NCBI GenBank assembly: GCA_964420395.1
Contig: CAYQTJ010000004.1
Span: 2,506-66,505, forward strand
DNA length: 64,000 bases
Direction of reading: 5' to 3'
Source of the DNA: an uncultured Fibrobacteraceae bacterium
GTDB lineage: Bacteria; Krumholzibacteriota; Krumholzibacteriia; LZORAL124-64-63
The notes under the pieces were generated by a model that was not told the DNA's origin, ran no database searches, and was given only the letters and a program-made list of their open reading frames with translations. Of this stretch, positions 28,857-37,016 are shown piece by piece (the first letter of the stretch is position 1; each line of letters starts with the position of its first letter). The position numbers were made by a program, and so were the translations under genes.

Positions 28857-30476
28857 ATGGGCGGACGACGGGCCACGTCGCTGGCGCTGGGGGTGGCGCT
28901 GGCCGCGCTGGCCGCGCTGGGGGGCGGCGGCTGCGGTGGCGGGGGGGGCGCGGGGCCGCGCGCCGGCGGCACCGCCATCCTCGCCCTGGCGGCCGAGCCC
29001 GATCTCCTCAATCCGCTGCTCACCGGCTCCGCCTACGCGACGCAGCTGCTGGGGCTGATGCAGGACGGGCTGATCGAGATGGACGAGGACCTCGAGTTCC
29101 GTCCCCGCATCGCCAGCGGCTGGACGTTCGCTCCGGACAGCCTCTCCGTGACTTTCCGGCTGCGACCCTGGGTCTGGTCCGACGGCGAGCCGCTGACCGC
29201 GCGCGACGTGGCGGCGAGCTTCGCCCTGCTGACCGATCCGGTCATCGCCAGCCCGCGTCGCGGGGGGCTGGCGAACGTCACCGCGGTGACGGCGCTGGAT
29301 CCGGCCACGGTGCGCTACGACTTCCGGAGCCGCCGCCCGCGAACGGAGGCGCTGTTCGCCGCGGCGCACGCGCTGCTGCCGGCGCACCGGACCGCCACGC
29401 TGGAGCCTGCCCGGGTGCGGGAGTGGCCGCTCAATCAGCAACCGCTCTCCTCCGGTCCGTACCGGCTCGAGAGCTGGCAGCGCAACCGCCAGGTGGTGCT
29501 GACGCGCAACGAACGCTATCCCGGACCGCGGCCGCGGCTCGATCGACTCGTCTTCCGGATCATTCCGGACGAGACGTCGCGGCTGATCGAGTTGGAAACG
29601 GGCGGCGTCGATTTCGTGGACGAGATCCCGCCGCAGGCGGCCCGCGCCCTGGCGGCCTCGGGCCGGGCTACGGTGCTGCGGGTTGGCGGCCGGCTGGTGG
29701 GGCAGGTGCAGTGGAACCTGCGCAGTCCCCTGCTGGCCGACCGCGCGGTCCGCCGCGCCCTCTCGTTCGCCATCGATCGCGCGGCGTTCATCGACGGCCT
29801 GCTGTGCGGTTACGGGGCGCCGGCGGCGAGCCCCATCCCGCCCTGCCTCTGGGCCCACGACGCCTCGCTGCTGCCCGACCGCCACGAGCCGCAGCGGGCG
29901 CGTGACCTGCTCGACTCCGCCGGCTGGCGCGACAGCGACGGGGACGGCGTGCGCGAGCGGGATGGCCGCCGCCTGTCGCTGCTGCTGATCACCCGCAAGG
30001 GCGACCCGGTGCGGGAGGACGGCGCGGCGCTGATCGCGGCGAACCTGCGGTCGGTGGGGGTGGAGGTGCGCCCGCGGATCCTCGAATTCGGGGCGGCGCT
30101 CGACGAGGTGCGGCAGGGCCGCTTCGACGGCTACCTCGGCTATTTCCAGCCGCGGCTGGTGCCCGATCCCTCGGCCCAGTTGCGCTCCGACGCCACGGAC
30201 CGCTTCAACTACGGCAGCTACGCGAGCGCCGCCGTCGATTCCCTGCTCGACGCCGCGCTCGCCTGCCCCGACCGGGCCCGCGCCGCACCGCTCTGGCACC
30301 GCCTGCAGCGGATCGTGGCGGAGGACGCGCCGTTCGCCTTCCTCTTCTACCCGGAAACGCTCTGCGGCGTCGGCCCGCGCCTGCGGGGGGTGCGCCCGCA
30401 CGTGCTGTCGCCGTTCAACAACGTGGGCGAATGGTGGATCGGCTCGCCGGACCGCGAGGCGAAGGCCGGGCATTGA
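28857..30476 (+). CDS. ABC transporter substrate-binding protein, family 5 (peptide/nickel/oligosaccharide type). Probably a lipoprotein.
   Basis: Lipoprotein-like signal with a Gly-rich linker. SBP_bac_5-like organisation (LIEMDEDLEFRPRIASGWTF...). Confidence 0.65.
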   Translation: MGGRRATSLALGVALAALAALGGGGCGGGGGAGPRAGGTAILALAAEPDLLNPLLTGSAYATQLLGLMQDGLIEMDEDLEFRPRIASGWTFAPDSLSVTFRLRPWVWSDGEPLTARDVAASFALLTDPVIASPRRGGLANVTAVTALDPATVRYDFRSRRPRTEALFAAAHALLPAHRTATLEPARVREWPLNQQPLSSGPYRLESWQRNRQVVLTRNERYPGPRPRLDRLVFRIIPDETSRLIELETGGVDFVDEIPPQAARALAASGRATVLRVGGRLVGQVQWNLRSPLLADRAVRRALSFAIDRAAFIDGLLCGYGAPAASPIPPCLWAHDASLLPDRHEPQRARDLLDSAGWRDSDGDGVRERDGRRLSLLLITRKGDPVREDGAALIAANLRSVGVEVRPRILEFGAALDEVRQGRFDGYLGYFQPRLVPDPSAQLRSDATDRFNYGSYASAAVDSLLDAALACPDRARAAPLWHRLQRIVAEDAPFAFLFYPETLCGVGPRLRGVRPHVLSPFNNVGEWWIGSPDREAKAGH

Positions 30477-30516
30477 ACCACTTGGCCCCGGGACCGATTC
30501 TCCGTATCCTGTAGAC

Positions 30517-32157
30517 ATGAAAGCAAGCGTGCCGATCCGGACCGCGGTCGCCCTGGCGGGCCTGCTCGCGGCGGCCGGCTGCGGCGATTCGCCGACGCCC
30601 CCGCCACCCCCGCCGGCGGGCTATGTCTTCACCCCCGCGGGCGACGACGTGACCGTGCTGTACGAGGGGCAGGTCGACTTCTCGGTGCGCACGGCGGCGG
30701 GGGGCGAGGTGGCGGCCGTCTTCCGGCGGGGGGACACGGTCCTCGCCACCGGCAGTTCCTACGCCTACGCCGGGACACGGGCCGGGCGGGACTCGCTGCG
30801 GGCCGAGGTGCCGGGGGCGCCGGCCGGCGTGAAGGACTGGCGGATCTGGGTGGAGAGCGGGTACGGCGACCGCCCCGCGCCGGTGCTCGCGTTGACGGCG
30901 GTGATCGGCGCGCGGCCGGGAACGCTGCGCGTGAACTGGCTGCGCGCCGCGCCCGAGCTCAACCCGCTGCCGGTCGCCCGCTACCTGGTGGGGCTGGGTC
31001 GGGACGGGCCGTTGACCGAGCTGAACTGGGACGTGGCGGAGCTGCTGGAAGAGGTGCCGAGCCTCGAAGCGACGGTCGGGTACGGGCGCGACTATGCCGG
31101 ACTGGCCGGCGGCGACACGGTCTGGGTGGGGGTGCGCGCCGAGGACGAGGCCGGCCGCCTCTCGCCGCTGGGGCCGGTGCCCCGGGTCCGGGTGGCGGGG
31201 GCGTACCGCATCGTCGGGACGGCCATCGGGATCGCGGGCGAGCCGCTCGTGGGAATCCTCGCCAGCGTTGGCGAGGCGCCGGAACTGCGGGCCATCACCG
31301 CGGACGGCGGCGGCTTCGACCTGCCGCGGCCGGCGCTCGTGCCCGAGGGCTTCCGGGACATCGACCGGTACGTGCTGTCGGTGCGCGACGAGACCGGCCC
31401 GGACATCGGCACGTACTACGACGTCCGGACCGACACGCTGTCGGCCGCCGATTCCTACCCGCGACCGATCACGCTGGTCGCCGCGCGGACCGCGCAGGGC
31501 GATCCACTCCTCGACCCGGACTGCGCCGCGCTGGTCTACCAGGGGGAGTTCCTCACCTTCCTGAAGCGGATGACCTTCACGGGCATGGGCGGGAACACCC
31601 GGCTCTATCGCTGGGGCCACTATCCGATCACCTACTGGGTGCAGCCGACGGGCGACTGGACGGCCCCGGGCGGCTTCGAGATGGGCCCGCTCGCGCGGGC
31701 CGCCGCCGCCGCCTGGAACGCCCGGCTCGGGGGGACCTTCTTCACGGAATCGGCGGACAGCGTCGCGGCGGACCTGAAGGTTGTCTTCAAGTCCCTCGGC
31801 GGCACGATCTACGGACTCACGGAGATCGTGGCGCCGTACTACGCGGCAATCAACACCATCGTGCCGACCAAGATGAAGATCACGCTGTCGCGCGAATTCA
31901 CGCGCCTGGCCTATGCGCAGGGGGTGGTGCTGCACGAGTTCGGCCACGCGCTCTGCATCGGCAACCACAGCGAATGCCCCGGCTACATGCACATCATGAG
32001 AATCGGCGCGCACGACGTGCCGCTCAGCCCCGAAATCCCGGGCGTCGATACGCAGGGCGAGATGGAGGCGGCCATCAGCGACGACGAGGTGCGCCTCGTG
32101 CACTACATCCGCAATCTCCCGCAGGGCGTCAACATGAATCAATATTTGCTTGACTGA
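30517..32157 (+). CDS. Lipoprotein with FN3-like repeats and a C-terminal HEXXH zinc-metallopeptidase-like module.
   Basis: Lipobox LLAAAGC. VVLHEFGHALCIGNHSECPGYMHIM near the C-terminus. The spacing differs by one residue from the canonical metzincin HEXXHXXGXXH. Confidence 0.5.
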   Translation: MKASVPIRTAVALAGLLAAAGCGDSPTPPPPPPAGYVFTPAGDDVTVLYEGQVDFSVRTAAGGEVAAVFRRGDTVLATGSSYAYAGTRAGRDSLRAEVPGAPAGVKDWRIWVESGYGDRPAPVLALTAVIGARPGTLRVNWLRAAPELNPLPVARYLVGLGRDGPLTELNWDVAELLEEVPSLEATVGYGRDYAGLAGGDTVWVGVRAEDEAGRLSPLGPVPRVRVAGAYRIVGTAIGIAGEPLVGILASVGEAPELRAITADGGGFDLPRPALVPEGFRDIDRYVLSVRDETGPDIGTYYDVRTDTLSAADSYPRPITLVAARTAQGDPLLDPDCAALVYQGEFLTFLKRMTFTGMGGNTRLYRWGHYPITYWVQPTGDWTAPGGFEMGPLARAAAAAWNARLGGTFFTESADSVAADLKVVFKSLGGTIYGLTEIVAPYYAAINTIVPTKMKITLSREFTRLAYAQGVVLHEFGHALCIGNHSECPGYMHIMRIGAHDVPLSPEIPGVDTQGEMEAAISDDEVRLVHYIRNLPQGVNMNQYLLD

Positions 32158-32244
32158 ATTCCCCCTCCGCCCGAGCATTCCGACATTACACCAGCGACGC
32201 GACCGGTAATAATCGTCGGGCGCGTCCGGCGATGGGCGGCGCCG

Positions 32245-32589
32245 TCAGCCGGGGGGCCAGCCGAGACGACGTCCGGCCAGCAGATGCAGGTGCAGGTGGG
32301 GCACGGTCTGACCCGCCGCTTCGCCGCAGTTGATGACCAGCCTGTAGCCCGCGGACTCCAGCCCGAGTTCGCGGGCCAGGCGCGCGGCCGTCGTGGCGAG
32401 TCGCCCGAGCAGCCCGGCGTCGTCGTCGGCGAGGTCGGCCAGGGAGGCGACGTGCCGGCGCGGGATCAGCAGGAGGTGCGTCGGCGCCTGCGGGTTGACG
32501 TCGTGGAAGGCCACGACCGCCTCGTCGCTGTAGGCCTGCCGGCTCGGGATGCGTCCGGCGGCGATCTCGCAGAACAGGCACTTTTCCAT
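32245..32589 (-). CDS. HIT-family (histidine triad, HinT-like) nucleotide hydrolase.
   Basis: MEKCLFCEI...VPHLHLHLL histidine triad. The start is taken at the internal MEKCLFC. Confidence 0.75.
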   Translation of the reverse strand: MEKCLFCEIAAGRIPSRQAYSDEAVVAFHDVNPQAPTHLLLIPRRHVASLADLADDDAGLLGRLATTAARLARELGLESAGYRLVINCGEAAGQTVPHLHLHLLAGRRLGWPPG

Positions 32590-32685
32590 CGGATGCCTCC
32601 CGGCGGCCGCCGGCGTTTCCGGCAGCGCGGCCACGGAGGCAGCCTACCACGCCGCCGCCGCGGGCGGCAACGGGGAGTGGGCATG

Positions 32686-33618
32686 CCATCGCTGCTGGTG
32701 GTCGGCTACAACGCCTGGGATCTGCTGGCGCCGCTGCCGGCTCCCATCCCCCGCGACGCCAAGCTCGAAACGCCGGGCCTGACCATGGGGGGGGGAGGGC
32801 CGGCGGCCACCGCCGCGGTGGCGCTGGCGCGGCTCGGCGCGCGGGTCCGCCTGGTCACGCCGCTGGCGGACGATCTCGCGGGGCGGCTGCAGCGGCAGGA
32901 ACTGGTCTCCGCCGGGGTGGACCTGGCCCTCTCGCCGGCGCGTCCCGGCGGCGCCTCGCCCCTGGCCGTCAGCCTGATCGACGCCGACGGCTCGCGCGCG
33001 ATCCTCTGGCGCCGGGGCGATCTCGAACCGCTCGCGGCGTCGGAAGTCGCGGCGGACTGGCTGGACGGCACGGACGCGCTGCTGTGCGACAGCCACGAAC
33101 CGGTCGCCGCCGGGGCGCTGGCGCGGGCGGCGCGCGCCCGCGGCGTGCCGGTGGTGCTGGACGGTGGCAGCGTGCGCCCCGGGCTGGCCGAACTCGTGGC
33201 GCTGTGCGACGACGTGATCGGCTCCGCCGCCTTCGCGACGTCCCTGACCGGCGAGCCCGACCCGGGAGAGGCGCTGCGGGCGCTGGCTCGCCGCGGTCCC
33301 GGCCGCGTGGCCGCCACTTTCGGACCGGCCGGCTGCCTGCGGCTGGCCGACGGCCAACTGGCGCACCGGCCGGCCTTCGCCGTCCCGGTGGTCGATACGA
33401 CCGGTGCGGGCGATGCCTTCCACGCCGGCTACGCCTTCGCGCGCAGCCTCGGCCGCGACTTCGATGGCTGCCTCGCCTGGGGCGCCGCCGTGGCGGCGCT
33501 CGGCTGCCGCGCGCTCGGCGGCCGGGCGGGGCTTCCTGACCGGGCGGAGGCGGAGGCGCTGCTGCGGCACGGGCGGTTCCGGGCGGAGCGGCCGGTCTGG
33601 CGCGGGCGGCCCGACTGA
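32686..33618 (+). CDS. PfkB-family carbohydrate/nucleoside kinase (ribokinase-like).
   Basis: C-terminal signature DTTGAGDAFHAGYAFA. N-terminal GG dipeptide region. Confidence 0.7.
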   Translation, partial: PSLLVVGYNAWDLLAPLPAPIPRDAKLETPGLTMGGGGPAATAAVALARLGARVRLVTPLADDLAGRLQRQELVSAGVDLALSPARPGGASPLAVSLIDADGSRAILWRRGDLEPLAASEVAADWLDGTDALLCDSHEPVAAGALARAARARGVPVVLDGGSVRPGLAELVALCDDVIGSAAFATSLTGEPDPGEALRALARRGPGRVAATFGPAGCLRLADGQLAHRPAFAVPVVDTTGAGDAFHAGYAFARSLGRDFDGCLAWGAAVAALGCRALGGRAGLPDRAEAEALLRHGRFRAERPVWRGRPD

Positions 33619-33638
33619 GGCGCCGATCGGGGCTGGAC

Positions 33639-33660
33639 TTTCGTCTATGTTTCGCCTATC
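33639..33660 (+). promoter_or_regulatory. 11-bp tandem direct repeat TTTCGTCTATG / TTTCGCCTATC, about 60 bp upstream of lexA. Candidate operator.
   Basis: Read directly from the sequence. Its function is inferred from the position only. Confidence 0.2.
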
Positions 33661-33718
33661 ATGAGCTGCAGGGCGCGGCGAGCCGCCGCGCCGCAACGCG
33701 TCGACCGGAGGCCGGAGC

Positions 33719-34321
33719 ATGGGACTGACGCCGCGCCAGGCGGAGATCCTGACCTTCATCGAGGACTACACCCGCCGCCACGGCTACGCGCCGACGCTCG
33801 TGGAGATCGCGCAGCGCCTGTCGCTCTCGTCCGTGGCCACCGTGCACAAGCATGTCAGCCGGCTGGTGGAGCAGGGACGCCTGCGACACGGACGGCACGC
33901 GCGACGGGAGCTCGAGGTGGTGGCCCTCCCCGGCGTCCGCGCCGCCCGGACCGTGCCGCTGCTCGGCGCCGTGGCGGCGGGCCGTCCCATCGAGCCGCTG
34001 CCGGAGACGGAGCAGCTCGAACTTCCGGAGGGCTGGCTCGGCCGCGCCCGCACCTACGCGCTGCGCGTGCGGGGCGATTCGATGATCGAAGAGCAGATCC
34101 GCGACGGCGACGTCGTCATCGTCGAGGAGCGCGAAACCGCGCGCAACGGGGAGACGGTCATTGCGCTCGTGGACGGCGAAGGGGTCACGGTGAAGCGGTA
34201 CCGGCGCGACGGCGGCCTGATCCGACTCGAACCGGCCAACCACGAGCTCTCCCCGCTCGTGCTGCCGGAGGAGCGGGTGCGTGTGCAGGGCGTCGTCATC
34301 GGCGTGCTCAGGCGCCTCTAG
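33719..34321 (+). CDS. lexA: LexA repressor (SOS regulator, S24 peptidase).
   Basis: N-terminal wHTH LTPRQAEILTFIEDY...GYAPTLVEIA. Cleavage-site region AAG. C-terminal VRGDSMIEEQIRDGDVVIVE with the Ser/Lys dyad context. Confidence 0.85.
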   Translation: MGLTPRQAEILTFIEDYTRRHGYAPTLVEIAQRLSLSSVATVHKHVSRLVEQGRLRHGRHARRELEVVALPGVRAARTVPLLGAVAAGRPIEPLPETEQLELPEGWLGRARTYALRVRGDSMIEEQIRDGDVVIVEERETARNGETVIALVDGEGVTVKRYRRDGGLIRLEPANHELSPLVLPEERVRVQGVVIGVLRRL

Positions 34322-35354
34322 CGGCGGGGGGCGGGAGCGCCCGCCGCGCTGCCTGCTCCACCTGCGTCCCCGCGATCCCGCCTGGGGGCGCTCCGCGGTG
34401 GCGTTCCACTGCGACCGCTGGGCGCCCGCCTGGGAGGCGGCCGACGGCGGCGTCCACCTCGACCTGACCGGCACCGGCCGGCTGTACGGCCGTGGCGCGG
34501 ATGGCCCGGTGCGTCTCTGCCGCGAGGCGGTCCGCGTCTGGGGGCCGCTGGCGGCGGGCGCCGCCCCCTCGCGCCTGGCCGCCGCGCTCGCCTCGCGCTG
34601 CGTGGCGGGCGAGGCGGGCGCCGGCGCGCTCCTGTACCTCCCCCCGACCGGCGTGCCCGGCTTCCTCGCCCCCTATCCGCTGAGCGTGCTGGGCGTTCGC
34701 CATGCCGCAGCCGTGACCCTGCTGACGGGGCGGGGCGTGCGGACGCTGGGGGACCTGCAGGCACTGCCGCCGGCGCTGCTGGCCGGTCTGCTCGGAGCGG
34801 AGGGAGCCTGGATCGCCGCGACCGCGGCGGGGGACGACGCGGCGCCGCTGGGCCGGGAGCGCCCCGCCGGCCGGCCGGTGGTGGCGGTCCGTCTGGCGCG
34901 GCCGCTGACCGGCGGCGAGGGGACGACGGCGCTGCTGCAGGCGGTGGCGGCGCGCGCCCTGCTGGGCTCGCCCGAAGGACCGTCCGGGCGCGCGTCCTGG
35001 ACCCTGCGGGTGCGCCGGGACGGGGCCTGGGAGCAGAGCGCGCTGGCCGGGGCACCCCTGCCCGACACCCTCGCCGGCTGGCGACGACTGCTGTCGCTGC
35101 TGTGGCGTCGGCTGCCGTCGCGCCGCGCCGGCGTGACCGCGCTGACGCTGTTGCCGGGACCGCGGTGCGTGGCGCCGGGCGGGACACAGGGGGACTGCTT
35201 CGCTTCCGGCGCCGATGGCCGGCTCACCAGGGGGTGGCGCCGCGTCGGCGCACCGCGGGCGCTCCACCCGGCCGCCGAGGAGTCGCTGCGGCGGTGGGGC
35301 GCCGTCTGGGACGAGGGGGAGGGGCCGCGGGGCGGGGGTTCCCCGTCCGGTTAG
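34281..35354 (+). CDS. Short Y-family DNA polymerase-like protein (ImuB-like), probably non-catalytic.
   Basis: CLLHLRP... is like the ImuB N-terminus. LDLTGTGRLYG is the Y-family LDxTGs.rLFG motif. LPLSVLGV...LGVRTLGDLQALPPALLAGLLG is the thumb HhH region. The ORF is too short to hold a full palm. The start is uncertain and overlaps lexA by 41 nt if ATG 34281 is used. Confidence 0.45.
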   Translation: MCRASSSACSGASSGGGRERPPRCLLHLRPRDPAWGRSAVAFHCDRWAPAWEAADGGVHLDLTGTGRLYGRGADGPVRLCREAVRVWGPLAAGAAPSRLAAALASRCVAGEAGAGALLYLPPTGVPGFLAPYPLSVLGVRHAAAVTLLTGRGVRTLGDLQALPPALLAGLLGAEGAWIAATAAGDDAAPLGRERPAGRPVVAVRLARPLTGGEGTTALLQAVAARALLGSPEGPSGRASWTLRVRRDGAWEQSALAGAPLPDTLAGWRRLLSLLWRRLPSRRAGVTALTLLPGPRCVAPGGTQGDCFASGADGRLTRGWRRVGAPRALHPAAEESLRRWGAVWDEGEGPRGGGSPSG

Positions 35355-36352
35355 AAGAGCGTGGGTGCGGCATCGCCGCCACCGCGCCGGCCCGCCGCGC
35401 GGGGGGCGGCAGCCGGTAGGTCGGGAAACGGCCGGAGCTGCCGGGGATAGGCGGCGCGCAGCCCGGCCGGCACGGCGGGCGACAGGCCGCTCCAGAGCCG
35501 CTGCAACTGCAGCGCGTTCACCACGGCCTGTCCCCGGAAGTGGTTGTTCGCGATCACGTGGATCGCCGCGCCGGCCGGCAGGCGCGCGGCGGCCGCGCTC
35601 AACCGGGCCAGCAGGCCGCTCAACTCGGCGTCATCGTAGAGGTAGTCGTAGCGCGCATCGCGACCGGCGTCCGGGGCGAACCACGCGGCGCTGTTGCGGC
35701 CGTGCAGACGGACGTAGAGCGGTGCCGTCGCCCCGGGCGGTGGGGGCGGCCCTCCGAGCGCCGCCGCCAGGGCGTCGTCGGTCGACAGGTTGCCGCGCAG
35801 CGGCGGCTGGTCGCAGACGACGGGCCGGATGGGTGGCGAGGCGCCCCAGGCGGCGTGCCGCACCTCGATGGCGAGCGGCCAGCCGGCGTCGGCGGCGGCG
35901 CGCGCCAGTTCGGACAGCCGCTGCGCCCCGGCGGGCGAGGCGCGCAGCGACCAGGGGAACTGCAGCAACAGCGCCCCGAGGCGGCCGGCGTCGCGCGCCG
36001 GCCGGAAGGGGCCGGTCGCGTCGAGCAGGGCGTGCGGCGACGGCGGGGCACCGCCGTGGCTGAGTCGGCGGTGCAGCTTGAAGTTCCAGCGGAAGTCGGG
36101 ACGGCTCTCCACCCGGCGGCACCAGGACTCGACCTGGCGCGCCGACACGTCGCGGTAGAACGTGGCGTTGACCTCGACGGTGGCGAACAGCGTCGCCAGC
36201 AGGTCGAGCGGGTGGAAGCCGCGCGGACGTGGCCGGGGATAGACGATCCCCTCCCAGTCGGCATAGCTCCAGCCGGCGGGCCCGAAGCGGACCTCCGGTC
36301 CGGGCGCGGTCTTTCCCCCGGCCGGGCCGGGAGCCTCAGGCGCAACGTGCAT
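35351..36352 (-). CDS. DUF72 (UPF0759/YecE-like) family protein.
   Basis: FGPAGWSYADW...LATLFATVEVNATFY...LYVRLHGRN...IANNHFRGQAVVNA. Confidence 0.7.
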   Translation of the reverse strand: MHVAPEAPGPAGGKTAPGPEVRFGPAGWSYADWEGIVYPRPRPRGFHPLDLLATLFATVEVNATFYRDVSARQVESWCRRVESRPDFRWNFKLHRRLSHGGAPPSPHALLDATGPFRPARDAGRLGALLLQFPWSLRASPAGAQRLSELARAAADAGWPLAIEVRHAAWGASPPIRPVVCDQPPLRGNLSTDDALAAALGGPPPPPGATAPLYVRLHGRNSAAWFAPDAGRDARYDYLYDDAELSGLLARLSAAAARLPAGAAIHVIANNHFRGQAVVNALQLQRLWSGLSPAVPAGLRAAYPRQLRPFPDLPAAAPRAAGRRGGGDAAPTLF

Positions 36353-36441
36353 CGCGACCCCCGCCGCGCCCCGGGCGGGGGCGGCGCGCGATTGTAGGCC
36401 GGACGGGCCCGGCGGGCAATGCCGTGGCGGCGCGGTCGCGG

Positions 36442-36470
36442 TTGACGCTGTGCCCGCGCCCCGTTAACAT
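36442..36470 (+). promoter_or_regulatory. sigma70-like promoter TTGACG-N17-TAACAT upstream of the Hsp20-Lon pair.
   Basis: -35 at 36442-36447. -10 at 36465-36470. Confidence 0.35.
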
Positions 36471-36514
36471 CCGATCGGCAAATGTCTTGTCGCGGACCAG
36501 TCAGGGGGGACGCC

Positions 36515-36964
36515 ATGGTCGGCGAGCGCGCGGGCAATCCCGAGGGCCGGGGAGGGGCGGAGGATGTCTTCGAAATCCTCGTCACCTCGTTCTCCGGGCA
36601 GGAGGGGGGCCTGCCGGGGGAGGGGGACCTGTCGTGGCGTCCGGCCACCGACGCCTACGAGACCGCGGAGGCGTTCGTCGTGCAGATGGACCTGGCGGGG
36701 CTCGAGCCGCGCGGCATCGAGGTGGCGCTGGACGGCGACTGCCTCGTGGTACGGGGCGTGAGGCGGGACATCGCGCCGCCCGGCAAGAAGCACTATTCCA
36801 AGATGGAGATCAGCGTGGGACCGTTCGAGCGCCGCATCGTGGTGCCGATCGAGATCGATCCGCAGGGGGCGGTCGCGCGCTACCGCAACGGATTCCTGTT
36901 CGTGGAGCTGCGCAAGGGCAAGCGACGCACCTTCACGCGAAGGCGGATCGATGTCGACGCGTGA
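36515..36964 (+). CDS. Small heat-shock protein, Hsp20/alpha-crystallin family.
   Basis: ACD-domain pattern WRPATDAYETAEAFVVQMDLAGLEPRGIEVALDGDCLVVRG...GFLFVEL. Confidence 0.75.
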   Translation: MVGERAGNPEGRGGAEDVFEILVTSFSGQEGGLPGEGDLSWRPATDAYETAEAFVVQMDLAGLEPRGIEVALDGDCLVVRGVRRDIAPPGKKHYSKMEISVGPFERRIVVPIEIDPQGAVARYRNGFLFVELRKGKRRTFTRRRIDVDA

Positions 36965-37016
36965 GGGGGGTCGGCGGCCCCGCGGCCGCGCAGACGGGGA
37001 GAGGAGCGGGCGTGCG

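Noticed and set aside
30517-32157. Assigning the HEXXH lipoprotein to metzincins/matrixins.
   Set aside because: The HEFGHALCIGNH spacing has G and the third His shifted by one from the HEXXHXXGXXH consensus. I kept it as a generic HEXXH metallopeptidase-like call.
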